This document shows positions 28,673-38,310 of a DNA stretch of 64,000 bases, in pieces. A program made the translations under genes and the position numbers. The DNA lies in contig CAYMRP010000003.1 in NCBI GenBank assembly GCA_964392925.1, positions 50,786-114,785 on the forward strand. The letters are read 5' to 3'. The DNA is from an uncultured Gammaproteobacteria bacterium. Lineage in GTDB: Bacteria > Patescibacteriota > Microgenomatia > Daviesbacterales > UBA10151. Under the pieces are notes generated by a model that worked only from the letters and a program-made list of their open reading frames with translations, was not told the DNA's origin and searched no databases. Every line of letters begins with the position of its first letter. The first letter of the stretch is position 1.

Positions 28673-30814
28673 ATGAAACGTTTTGTTTTGGTTGATGGGA
28701 ATGCTTTGCTTCACCGGGCTTATCACGCAACACCTCCTTTGACTACTTCTAAAGGAGAATTGGTGAATGCAGTTTATGGTTTTACAAATATGGTTTTGAA
28801 AGCTTGGGATGACTTAAAGCCTGACTATATTGCAATTGCCTGGGATAGGCGAGCACCGACGTTTCGACATCAAATGTACACTCAATATAAGGCGACCAGA
28901 GGCCCGATGGATGAATCTTTAGGTAACCAATACACAAGAGTGCATGAAGTGATAAAAGCATTAGGGATTCCAGAGTTTGGAGTTGACGGCTATGAGGCAG
29001 ATGATTTAATTGGGACTTTGGCCCGGCAAGTTAAAGAGCAGAACTTAGAGATAGAAACAATAGTTATAACCGGGGACCGGGATATTATGCAAATTATCGA
29101 TAAAACTACAAAAATATTGATGCCAAAGAAAACTTTATCGGACGTAGGACTTTATGGGGAAGAAGAGTTTGAAGCAAAGTATGAATTTAAACCGGTGCAA
29201 ATGATTGATTTTAAAGGATTGGCTGGAGACGCATCTGATAATATTCCGGGAGTTGCAGGTATTGGGGCCGTGACAGCGACAAAATTAATCAAACAGTTTG
29301 GGTCAGTTGAGAAGATTTATTTACCGGAAAACCTCAGTACCTTACCTGAGCGAACTCAAAAACTTTTGGCTGAGGGAGCTGAGTCGGCGATTTTGTCGAA
29401 AACATTGGCAACAATTGACTTAAATTCACCAATTAAACTGGATTTGGAGGGGTGCTTGGTGTCTGATTATAAAAAAGAAAATGTGGTGGAGCTGTTTAAA
29501 GAATTGGAATTTAAATCATTGGTTAATAAATTAACTGGCTCGGCGAAAGACCCTCTTTTGGGTGATGATCAGCTAAATATTCAAGTGCCTAAACCAGAGC
29601 AAAGTCAGCAAACAACAGATCTTGATGCAGAAGTTGATATGGTATTAAAGAAGATGAGTGAGAAAGGAGTTTTGCTTGATATAAAATTTTTGGAGAAAAT
29701 GGGAACTGAACTTAAAACCAGATTGAAGCAGATAGAAGAAGAAATATTCAAAACTGTCGGACATGAGTTTAATTTAAATTCCCCGAAACAGTTATCTGAG
29801 GTTTTATTTGATGATCTAAATCTTCCAGTAATTAAAAAGACTAAAACCGGCAGGAGTACAGATGAGGAAACTTTAAATGAACTTGCTCCGGCTCATCCGA
29901 TGATCCCGCTGCTTTTAGAATACCGTCAGTTATTTAAACTAGTTTCAACATACATAGATGCGCTGCCTAAATCTGTAGCTGAGGATGGCAGGGTTCATTC
30001 AACTTTTAATGTGGAGGGTGCAGCGACTGGTCGATTATCTTCGGCAAATCCAAATTTACAGAATATTCCAATAAGAGGCCAGATGGGCGGGGAGATTAGA
30101 AAAGCATTTATCGCATCTCCTGGAAAAGTTTTGCTGGGGGCAGATTATTCACAGGTGGAACTCAGGATACTAGCTGATGTATCTGAGGATGAGAATCTTA
30201 TCCAAGCTTTTAGAGACGGACTGGATATTCATACAGCAACAGCGGCAAAAATATTTAATGTTTCGGTTGAGGAAGTTAATAAAGAACAGCGGGTAGTTGG
30301 TAAGACGATGAATTTTGCGACTTTATATGGACAAGGTCCGAGAGCATTATCAAAACAGTTAAAGATAGATACTCAAACTGCAAAAAATTATATTGATGAT
30401 TATTTTTTGCAGTTCTCTAAAGTTAGAAATTGGATGAGTCAAACTTTGGAACTTGGGAAAAAGAATGGTTATGTTGAAACTATTTGGGGGAGACGAAGAT
30501 ATATTCCGGAACTGAATATGCAAAACAAAATGCTGCAATCGTTTGGAGAAAGAGCAGCGATTAACCACCCGATTCAGGGAACGAGTGCAGATATGATTAA
30601 GAAGGCAATGATTGATATTGATAAAACGGGGAACTTAAATTGTTCACTTATTCTGCAGGTGCACGATGAACTTTTATTTGAATGTGACCCAGATAAAATT
30701 AGTGAATGTGCCGCGATGATAAAAGAAAAAATGGAGGGGGCTATTAAATTAAAAGTTCCAGTTAAGGTTGATTTAAAAACAGGATTAAATTGGGGAGAGA
30801 TGAGCGTTTTGTAA
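28673..30814 (+). CDS. polA: DNA polymerase I (5'-3' exonuclease plus polymerase; 3'-5' exo domain absent)
   Basis: LVDGNALLHRAYH, EADD, GDASDNIPG; TGRLSS, DYSQVELR, QVHDEL; only 713 aa. Confidence 0.95.
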   Translation: MKRFVLVDGNALLHRAYHATPPLTTSKGELVNAVYGFTNMVLKAWDDLKPDYIAIAWDRRAPTFRHQMYTQYKATRGPMDESLGNQYTRVHEVIKALGIPEFGVDGYEADDLIGTLARQVKEQNLEIETIVITGDRDIMQIIDKTTKILMPKKTLSDVGLYGEEEFEAKYEFKPVQMIDFKGLAGDASDNIPGVAGIGAVTATKLIKQFGSVEKIYLPENLSTLPERTQKLLAEGAESAILSKTLATIDLNSPIKLDLEGCLVSDYKKENVVELFKELEFKSLVNKLTGSAKDPLLGDDQLNIQVPKPEQSQQTTDLDAEVDMVLKKMSEKGVLLDIKFLEKMGTELKTRLKQIEEEIFKTVGHEFNLNSPKQLSEVLFDDLNLPVIKKTKTGRSTDEETLNELAPAHPMIPLLLEYRQLFKLVSTYIDALPKSVAEDGRVHSTFNVEGAATGRLSSANPNLQNIPIRGQMGGEIRKAFIASPGKVLLGADYSQVELRILADVSEDENLIQAFRDGLDIHTATAAKIFNVSVEEVNKEQRVVGKTMNFATLYGQGPRALSKQLKIDTQTAKNYIDDYFLQFSKVRNWMSQTLELGKKNGYVETIWGRRRYIPELNMQNKMLQSFGERAAINHPIQGTSADMIKKAMIDIDKTGNLNCSLILQVHDELLFECDPDKISECAAMIKEKMEGAIKLKVPVKVDLKTGLNWGEMSVL

Positions 30815-31858
30815 TTCTCTCCAAGCATCAATCCATTCGTTGTGGCCCTGGTTTGCATGCCATATCCAATGCTCACTTCCCCAAAGAAGCTGTCGATTGT
30901 AACCTCTTTGAGTAAGCTCTCCGACTAAACTAATCATTCTTTCCGGGTTGGAACTTGGGTAGGTGCGGTTTTTTATATGGACTGCATTATTTGATTCGAA
31001 AGGTTCGGCCTGAACTTCGGTTGCCCAAACTTCTTTGGCCTCATGTTCGGCTGTAACTCTCCAGTCTTCGGCTCTTTTATAATCTGTCTCCCCAGCTGTT
31101 AAATAACCTAAGAAGCGATGAGGAACCTTAGAATAAAAATGAATTCCGACTGAATCAACTAATTCCATATGCTCTGTTAGAATACGTTTTGGATTATCCG
31201 GCATGAACGGCATCTGGCCCAAAGGGAAAGCAAAAGTGGTTAGGGTTTTTTGGCCGGGTTTTTTTTGAACAGCTATTATCTCTAATTCTTTTTTAAGGAG
31301 CTGGGGGCTTTCGGTTACTTTGCCTGCGACTTCGACTTGATTGGCTGATTCATTCCCAGCCTGTAGGTGAGTGATGTTGGGATAGATGTTAAATTCCTCG
31401 AGATTTTGCTGTAATTGGGAGGTTACTTTTTCATAAACTAATTTGTCTTCACCTATGACACTAGGAGCTGTAGTATTTAAATAGGTTTGCAATTCTTGAT
31501 CCGAAAAGAACTCGGGCCAACGGGGATATTTTATGCCGCCCACTGCCAATATAACTTTGATATTTCTGTCTTTTGCTTCTTGGAGTAACCGATGAGTTTC
31601 CTCGACAGGACGAGTAGGGTATGTTGCGAGTCGCAAAGCATCGGGGTTAAGATCAAGAATATTTCGATAAGCGTCGAAGACATTCCCTAATCCTAAGTAA
31701 TCACATTGAACAGGGCTAAAGTTGAGGCCAAGTATTTTTGGACGAATCATTTCATCCCCAGTATACAATCCATGGGTGGTTTCTGTAAAAAGACACGAGC
31801 CAATAACAGCAGTTAACCCCGACTTAATAATTCTCCGCCGCAAATATCGCTCATTCAT
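30785..31858 (-). CDS. Putative clan-A glycoside hydrolase-like protein
   Basis: GLNFS, KYPRWPE, GNES (acid/base-like), TEVQAEP (nucleophile-like), LWGSEHW; 30-bp convergent overlap with polA. Confidence 0.6.
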   Translation of the reverse strand: MNERYLRRRIIKSGLTAVIGSCLFTETTHGLYTGDEMIRPKILGLNFSPVQCDYLGLGNVFDAYRNILDLNPDALRLATYPTRPVEETHRLLQEAKDRNIKVILAVGGIKYPRWPEFFSDQELQTYLNTTAPSVIGEDKLVYEKVTSQLQQNLEEFNIYPNITHLQAGNESANQVEVAGKVTESPQLLKKELEIIAVQKKPGQKTLTTFAFPLGQMPFMPDNPKRILTEHMELVDSVGIHFYSKVPHRFLGYLTAGETDYKRAEDWRVTAEHEAKEVWATEVQAEPFESNNAVHIKNRTYPSSNPERMISLVGELTQRGYNRQLLWGSEHWIWHANQGHNEWIDAWRELQNAHLSPI

Positions 31859-31931
31859 AGCCCTTAGGAAAAATAGAGTCTAGCAGGAAATGGTATGAAT
31901 CGTTTGACTTTATAACAACGGAATTTTCACC

Positions 31932-32903
31932 CTAAGTTATGATTTTTTTTACAACTCTGGTTTCGCTGGTAAACTTCAAGAATCCGGACTTTTCAAAAAT
32001 GGAGAATATTAAGGAAATAAGCGGGCTGAGAAGAAGAGAAATAAGCCATAAAGTAAAGCTTGTTAAACTGTAGAACATTAAAGCCAGAACAGCAGGTATA
32101 GCGAAGAGATATGGTTTTAATAAATCATCAAGTGAGTTACTGATCTGGGCCTTGATAATGTCTTTTAAATTCGCGCCAGGGACTGAGGGAGTGATAGAAA
32201 CTGCGTTTTTGTTAGGGGAACTGGGAGTAGAGGTTGAGCTGGGAGTGAATTGTTCTAGATCATCAGCTGTCATACCATACTGCTCTAAAATCTGAGGGTT
32301 TTGCTTGAGTAGGTTGAGCTGCTCCTCTGTTAAGGTGGGAAGTTGGGCAAGATATTTTTTGCCCAGAACTGCAGGATTTTGGCCTTTTAAGGATAAATCG
32401 ACTGCCCACTCAATTAATTGATCAGGAACTCTGAAACCTTGGGTTTGGATTACGGAATTGGTGTGTAAAAAGTAGCCAAATGCTAAGGTGAGAAGAATAA
32501 AAGTATTAAGCAGTTTTATGGGTGGGGTTAATAGGGGAGCGGCAGCGAAATTAACATAAGTTTTAAGGTTGGTTTGGAGATTAAAGTACGCCAGGATAAA
32601 GCTGATAAAAAAACCAACAGCTATGACGAGAGCTAAACTTGATTCGAGAAAAGCAAAAGGAGCTAGGGAGGTAATAAATCCTGCCACGAGTGCGAATTTA
32701 AAATCTTGAGTGAGTGTAAGGTAAATGATGAATGTCAATCCGGATAAAAGGATTGTTAAAGCGATTGTGCCCAGCTCTATCAGGCCGCCATAAGGCTTAA
32801 AAAAGATTTCTAAGTAGTTATTAAGAACTGATGTATATAGAAAACAAAGCGTTGAGATTAATAATAGGAGCAGGGGAACAAAGATAATTTTCCTTAGAAG
32901 CAT
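31932..32903 (-). CDS. Hypothetical multi-pass membrane protein
   Basis: About 6 hydrophobic segments with a soluble loop. Confidence 0.7.
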   Translation of the reverse strand: MLLRKIIFVPLLLLLISTLCFLYTSVLNNYLEIFFKPYGGLIELGTIALTILLSGLTFIIYLTLTQDFKFALVAGFITSLAPFAFLESSLALVIAVGFFISFILAYFNLQTNLKTYVNFAAAPLLTPPIKLLNTFILLTLAFGYFLHTNSVIQTQGFRVPDQLIEWAVDLSLKGQNPAVLGKKYLAQLPTLTEEQLNLLKQNPQILEQYGMTADDLEQFTPSSTSTPSSPNKNAVSITPSVPGANLKDIIKAQISNSLDDLLKPYLFAIPAVLALMFYSLTSFTLWLISLLLSPLISLIFSIFEKSGFLKFTSETRVVKKIIT

Positions 32904-32939
32904 AAATTTATATTAGCATTTATGCTATCATTTGACCTA

Positions 32940-33749
32940 ATGAAGACACTAGTTACACATATAAACCCACATCTCGATGACATATCGGCGATATGGATTT
33001 ATAAGAAATTCCATAATGATTTTAAAGATGCTGAAATTGAATTTATTACAGCATCAAGAGATGCTGCTTTAAAAGAAGAAACAGAGGACAAGATATTCCT
33101 GGGAACTGGAGGGGGCATATATGATGAGCATAAGGGAGACTTAGAAGATTGTGCGGCCTCTCTAGTTTGGAAGGATATAAAAGCAAAAGGTTTAGCGCCG
33201 GAGAATGAAGCAGAGCTTAAAGCGCTTGATGAATTAATTGAGTGGAATAGGTTAATTGATTTAGGCAAAGGGACTAATTATGATTTCGGACCGTATTCCG
33301 TTCAGGCATTTATACGTTCAAAAGAATCCACACAAGAGGCCTCGCTTAAATCTTTGGAATTAGGAGAGGAAATTTTAGACAGGATTTTAGAACTACTGAT
33401 TAAAGATAAGCAGTCTGAGAAGGATTGGGAGAATCGGATAGAGTTTGAATCTAAGTTTGGAAAATCTGCAGCAATTGATTCTAAAACTGTCGATAGGTCG
33501 TTTGTGAGAGATAAAGGTTTCGAGATGGTTTTAATGTATGACAGCGAATTTAAATCGGCTCAATTTTTTACACCTTCATTTAGTATCGATCTTGAGCCAA
33601 TTTATAAAAGATTAATTGAAAAAGAGCCAGAATCTGGATGGTTTTTACATCAATCACACCATATGGTTATATGTGGATCATCCTCTGCACCAGAACATAA
33701 TACCAAGCTAACTTTTGAAGAACTTATTGAAATTGCGAAGAGCGTATAA
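32940..33749 (+). CDS. Hypothetical protein, DHH/MYG1-like phosphoesterase fold possible
   Basis: THINPHLDD, GGGIYDEH, CAASLVW, WFLH. Confidence 0.55.
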   Translation: MKTLVTHINPHLDDISAIWIYKKFHNDFKDAEIEFITASRDAALKEETEDKIFLGTGGGIYDEHKGDLEDCAASLVWKDIKAKGLAPENEAELKALDELIEWNRLIDLGKGTNYDFGPYSVQAFIRSKESTQEASLKSLELGEEILDRILELLIKDKQSEKDWENRIEFESKFGKSAAIDSKTVDRSFVRDKGFEMVLMYDSEFKSAQFFTPSFSIDLEPIYKRLIEKEPESGWFLHQSHHMVICGSSSAPEHNTKLTFEELIEIAKSV

Positions 33750-33803
33750 TTGTTGAATTGTTGAATTGTTGAATTGTTGAATTGTTGAATTGTTGAATTG
33801 TTA
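33748..33803 (+). repeat. Octamer tandem repeat (AATTGTTG)x6 plus AATTGTTA
   Basis: Directly visible; starts within the TAA stop of the upstream CDS. Confidence 0.97.
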
Positions 33804-33822
33804 GTTGTTTTATGATCAGGTT

Positions 33823-34455
33823 ATGAAAGTCCAAAAATTTCCCCAATCACATTTAGTGATATCTAAGAAAGGCAAAACTTTAATAATTGATCCAGGTTAT
33901 ATAACTTTTGAAAAAGGATTCAAAGTTGAAGATTTTCAAGGAGCTGATGCTTATTTAATTTCTCACCAACATGCTGATCACTTAGGTCCAGAGACTATTA
34001 AGGAAGTCGTAGGCGACAAGCCAGTTTTTGGTAACTATGATGTGGTTGAGAAATTGATAGAGGCGGGAGTTTTGCAGGCAAAAGAAATAAAAGATAAAGA
34101 AGAAATAGAAGCTGCTGGTTTTATAGTAAAAGCGGTAAATCTTCCACATTTTGAAAAACCGGGATTTGAAATGCCACCTAATACGGGGTTTTTAATTGAT
34201 GAAGTATTTTTTCATCCCGGAGACGGAAATATAGCGCCAGGACATTTACATGCAGAGAATGCAGCTGTACCAATCGGAGGATGGACAGTAAGTTTGGATA
34301 GCGCATTAAAATTTTCAAAAGACATTGGAGCAAAAGTCGTAGTGCCGATTCACTATGATTGGTATGAAGCTGACCCGGAAAGATTTAAAGAAATGGCAAA
34401 AACAGAGGGAGTAGAAGTTAGAATATTGAATCATGGGGAGGAGACGGAAATCTGA
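33823..34455 (+). CDS. MBL-fold metallo-hydrolase
   Basis: IIDPG, SHQHADH, FHPGD, PIHY. Confidence 0.88.
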   Translation: MKVQKFPQSHLVISKKGKTLIIDPGYITFEKGFKVEDFQGADAYLISHQHADHLGPETIKEVVGDKPVFGNYDVVEKLIEAGVLQAKEIKDKEEIEAAGFIVKAVNLPHFEKPGFEMPPNTGFLIDEVFFHPGDGNIAPGHLHAENAAVPIGGWTVSLDSALKFSKDIGAKVVVPIHYDWYEADPERFKEMAKTEGVEVRILNHGEETEI

Positions 34456-34480
34456 AGCCTGTTTTTGTTACAATTAACTG

Positions 34481-35611
34481 ATGCGGGTGGCGTTAGTACA
34501 TGATTATCTTCGAGAGTATGGTGGAGCAGAAAGAGTTCTAGAGGCTTTACATGAAATATGGCCGGAAGCGCCAGTTTATACGGCTTATTATAATCCAGCT
34601 AATTTGGGGATTCATGCTAAAAAATTTAAGGGTTGGGATATAAAAACTTCTTTAATTCAGAAGCTGCCGTTTGCTAATAAGCTAATTTCTCCTCTTAGGA
34701 TCATGGCTCCAAAAGTTTTTGAGAGTTTTGATTTATCTGAGTATGATTTAGTAATTTCTTCATGTAATTTATATTTTTCAAAAGCAGTTATAACTCGACC
34801 AGAAACAAGAAACTTGAGTTATATTCATACTCCGCCGAGATATTTATATGGATATACAACGTCATTTAATTATAAAAAACATTGGTGGACGAGAATGATT
34901 GCTGAGACTATGAATCATTTTCTTAGAACTATAGATTTTGAGACTTCGCAAAGACCGGATACATTAATTGCAAATTCAGAAAATGTGGCGAAGAGAATTA
35001 AGAAATTTTATAGAAGAGAGTCTGAGGTGATTTATCCACCAGTTGAGACTGCGGAATTGTTAAAGGTCAAAAAACTTAAAGGCAAATATTTTCTTACTTT
35101 AAACAGATTATCAAGAGGAAAAGGGACGGAGATAGCAATTGCAGCCTGCAGTAAATTGGAACTGCCTTTAAAAGTGGCAAGTACAGGAGGGGAGTTAAGT
35201 AACTTGAAGAAGATTGCTGGAAAATCAATTGAGTTTTTAGGGGAGATATCTGAGGAGGAAAAAGGGAAATTATTTTCTGAAGCGATTGCTCTTATTGCCT
35301 GTAGTGAAGATGAGGATTTTGGAATTACTGTGGTTGAAGCTCAAGCAGCCGGGGTACCGGTTATTGCTGCAAAAGCCGGAGGACATCTGGAAACTGTAAT
35401 TCCAGGTAAGACGGGTGAGTTTTATATGCCGGGATTCTTAGGAGATTTTAATACTTATGTCGACCCAATATCGGTTGACAATTTAATAGATGTTTTGCAA
35501 AAGTTTAGAGCTAGTGATTATAAAGAAGAGGATTTAAGAAAAAATGCGGAGAAGTTTTCAAAGGAGAGTTTTAAGAAGAGTATCCTCAGATTAACAGCAA
35601 ATAGAGACTAA
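34481..35611 (+). CDS. Glycosyltransferase family 4
   Basis: VALVHDYL..GGAERV, YIHTPPRY, EDFGITVVEAQAAG. Confidence 0.92.
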   Translation: MRVALVHDYLREYGGAERVLEALHEIWPEAPVYTAYYNPANLGIHAKKFKGWDIKTSLIQKLPFANKLISPLRIMAPKVFESFDLSEYDLVISSCNLYFSKAVITRPETRNLSYIHTPPRYLYGYTTSFNYKKHWWTRMIAETMNHFLRTIDFETSQRPDTLIANSENVAKRIKKFYRRESEVIYPPVETAELLKVKKLKGKYFLTLNRLSRGKGTEIAIAACSKLELPLKVASTGGELSNLKKIAGKSIEFLGEISEEEKGKLFSEAIALIACSEDEDFGITVVEAQAAGVPVIAAKAGGHLETVIPGKTGEFYMPGFLGDFNTYVDPISVDNLIDVLQKFRASDYKEEDLRKNAEKFSKESFKKSILRLTANRD

Positions 35612-35669
35612 TTCTTTAGAGTCAAAGTTTATGCTATGACTAACGATAAATAAGTATTAAAATGGTCTT

Positions 35670-35972
35670 ATGTCTCATGATATTTGGCAGCCAGTAAGCC
35701 ATGACGATCCAAGGCAAACATTTGCAGATTTAACAGATACTTTGAATAAAGAAGCTGCCAGGGAGGTGGCCGTAAGTAAGCTAGTGAGTCCAGTTCGAGC
35801 TGTTGTTGAGTTAATTCCAAAGGTCTTAAGAACAGGAGCAGAAGACCAGCTTTCTCCCAGGGGTAATAAGCGATTATCAGAAATGCATCCTGTAGCTGGA
35901 CCCGAAGGTTCATTCGCCAGGGTAGTAAGTAGGGTTGCGCGCATTTTGCTGGTGCGGAGTACCTCTTCATAG
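35670..35972 (+). CDS. Hypothetical orphan protein
   Basis: 100-aa ORF with TAAAAT shortly upstream; same orientation as neighbours. Confidence 0.45.
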   Translation: MSHDIWQPVSHDDPRQTFADLTDTLNKEAAREVAVSKLVSPVRAVVELIPKVLRTGAEDQLSPRGNKRLSEMHPVAGPEGSFARVVSRVARILLVRSTSS

Positions 35973-35987
35973 TTTAGAATATCCTAC

Positions 35988-36857
35988 ATGCCGGAGTTAC
36001 CTGAAGTTGAGACGATAAAATTGTTTTTGGAGAAAAATATAATAGGTCTGAGAGTGGTGTCTGTTGAAATTTTAAATGTCAAATCATTTCTAGGGAATAC
36101 GAAACTAATCGAGTATAAGGAGATAACTTCGGTTGAGAGAAGGGCAAAGATTTTAAGAATTGGTTTTGACGGTTTGGAATTATTAATACATTTGAAGATG
36201 TCGGGGCAAATAATATTGCGTAAAGGTGCGGCGGCCGTGGGTCAAGAGAAGTTTATTGGTGGCCATCCGACTTTGGATATGTTTGGGGAACTACCAAACA
36301 GGTCTACAAGAGTCATTTTTAATTTGTCTGATGGAGCTATTTTATATTTTAATGATCAGAGGAAGTTTGGGTGGATTAAGTCGGTAACAACTGACCAGTT
36401 AGCAGGGGAAAAGTTTTTTTCAAGTTTGGGGCCGGAGCCTTTAGAGGAGGATTTTAGTTGGGAAATATTAAAACAGAATTTATCGAGACGCAAGAAAACA
36501 GCGGTAAAGGTTGCACTGCTAGATCAGGAGATTGTGGCCGGGATTGGAAATATATACGCTTGTGAGGCTTGTTTTTTGGCGAAGATTGATCCGAGGAAAC
36601 GGATTACAGAGCTGGCGGATGAGGATTATAGAAAACTGCATAAAGCAATTAAAGAATCTTTAGAAAATGGGATTAAATATGGAGGTTCCTCGAAAACACA
36701 TTTTGCAAATCCGGAGGGAAAGAAGGGAGTATTTCTAGATTATGCGTTTGTTTATGGAAGAGATAAACTGCCGTGTAAAAAATGTGGAATCTTGATTAGT
36801 AAAATAAAGCTGGGAGGCCGGGGGACTTTCTTTTGCTCCCAATGTCAGGTTGATTAA
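35988..36857 (+). CDS. mutM: Formamidopyrimidine-DNA glycosylase
   Basis: MPELPEVE, HLKMSG, DQRKFG, GIGNIYA, C4 zinc finger. Confidence 0.96.
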   Translation: MPELPEVETIKLFLEKNIIGLRVVSVEILNVKSFLGNTKLIEYKEITSVERRAKILRIGFDGLELLIHLKMSGQIILRKGAAAVGQEKFIGGHPTLDMFGELPNRSTRVIFNLSDGAILYFNDQRKFGWIKSVTTDQLAGEKFFSSLGPEPLEEDFSWEILKQNLSRRKKTAVKVALLDQEIVAGIGNIYACEACFLAKIDPRKRITELADEDYRKLHKAIKESLENGIKYGGSSKTHFANPEGKKGVFLDYAFVYGRDKLPCKKCGILISKIKLGGRGTFFCSQCQVD

Positions 36858-36891
36858 ACTATGCGGCGGGCGTAAAATTCTTTAATTACCT

Positions 36892-38283
36892 ATGGATGCC
36901 GATTCTCCTCAATCAATCATAAAGAATAAAGGCTTTCTAAATCTTTGGATTAATCAAATTTTGGTGCAATTGTCTTATAACTGTCTTAATTTTGGACTTT
37001 TGGTTTGGGTTTACCACTTAACACAATCTTCGCTGGCTGTTTCTTTAATGCTATTTTCAGTTTATTTACCATCAGTTATTTTCGGACTATTTGCAGGGGT
37101 GTTGGTCGATATCACGGATCGCAAAAAAATAATAATGATTATTAACTTACTGCTGGCTGTTTGCTTTATTGCTCTGATCCCATTTAAGGCAAGTTTTATG
37201 GCGATATTGGTTATTGTATTTTTGGTTAATTCGTTAGTTCAGTTTTATGTTCCAGCGGAGTCTTCGGCGATTCCTTTAATATGTAAGAGAGATCAATTAC
37301 TAGCAGCGAACTCACTTTTTTCAATTACTTTATTTGGATCTTTTTTGGCGGGGTTTGGAATAGCCGGTCCGCTTATCAATATGTTTGATATTAATTTTGT
37401 TTTTGGATTTGGAGCTGTGTTACTAATGATTGCTTTCTTTCTTTCTTTTCTTTTTCCGCCGATAAAAAGTGATCTTGATCCTTTAGGAAGAAAACTGGTA
37501 ACAGCATTTGAGGAAAAGAATATTGCCCAGATTACTGAGGTTGGAATTAAAGAAATGAAGAACACCTTTTACTTGATAAAAGGCCGGATTCCAGTAACAG
37601 CGTCACTGTTTATTCTGGCATCAGTACAAGTGGCAATAGCAGTTCTAGGAGCTTTAATCCCATCATTTTTTGAGAGAACGCTTAAGATAAATGCAACTGA
37701 TGCCTCGTTTATCTTAGTGCTGCCGTTGGGAATTGGAATGGTTTTAGGAGGGGTTTTACTTAGTCGTTGGGGACATATACTTCCGAAGAGGACGATTGTA
37801 TCCACAGGTATTGCAACAGCGGGGTTATTGTTTTTTATCCTGGGTGTAGCTCCTCTACTCGCCCCATTAATTGAGTATTTACCAATGGAGAAAACGCTTT
37901 CGTTTGTTGAAAGATTACCTCTTTCGACAATCCTGATTTCCGGATCATTTATGCTTGGGTTATCAATGGTGTCGATTGTTGTTCCGTCACAAACTGCACT
38001 TCAGGAATATAGTCCGGAGCGTGATAGAGGAAAAGTTTATGCGGCGCTGTCGGTTCTTATGTCAGCGTTAACACTTGTTCCCGTAATTTTAGCTGGTATT
38101 TCGGCAGATTATTTTGGGGTGGGGCCAATATTTATTGCAATGGGGGGAACAGTTGCATTGCTAGGACTTATGGCCCTTAAACCAGATTTCTATTTTTCAA
38201 AAAAGCAGTTATCACCAAAGATTAGAAGATTCTTAGGGGTGGGGCATTGGAGAAAACTGCGAGAGAGAATGAAACGCAACTAA
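36892..38283 (+). CDS. MFS transporter
   Basis: 12 TM; AGVLVDITDRKK motif A; RGKVYA. Confidence 0.88.
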   Translation: MDADSPQSIIKNKGFLNLWINQILVQLSYNCLNFGLLVWVYHLTQSSLAVSLMLFSVYLPSVIFGLFAGVLVDITDRKKIIMIINLLLAVCFIALIPFKASFMAILVIVFLVNSLVQFYVPAESSAIPLICKRDQLLAANSLFSITLFGSFLAGFGIAGPLINMFDINFVFGFGAVLLMIAFFLSFLFPPIKSDLDPLGRKLVTAFEEKNIAQITEVGIKEMKNTFYLIKGRIPVTASLFILASVQVAIAVLGALIPSFFERTLKINATDASFILVLPLGIGMVLGGVLLSRWGHILPKRTIVSTGIATAGLLFFILGVAPLLAPLIEYLPMEKTLSFVERLPLSTILISGSFMLGLSMVSIVVPSQTALQEYSPERDRGKVYAALSVLMSALTLVPVILAGISADYFGVGPIFIAMGGTVALLGLMALKPDFYFSKKQLSPKIRRFLGVGHWRKLRERMKRN

Positions 38284-38310
38284 GATTGTTTTGTATTGTA
38301 TACTTGCCGA

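Noticed and set aside
33748-33803. Possible CRISPR array
   Set aside because: Contiguous 8-mer with no spacers; no cas genes in the window.
36382-36405. Weak period-7 pattern in mutM (also near 35590 and 51325)
   Set aside because: Too degenerate to include in the heptamer family without statistics.
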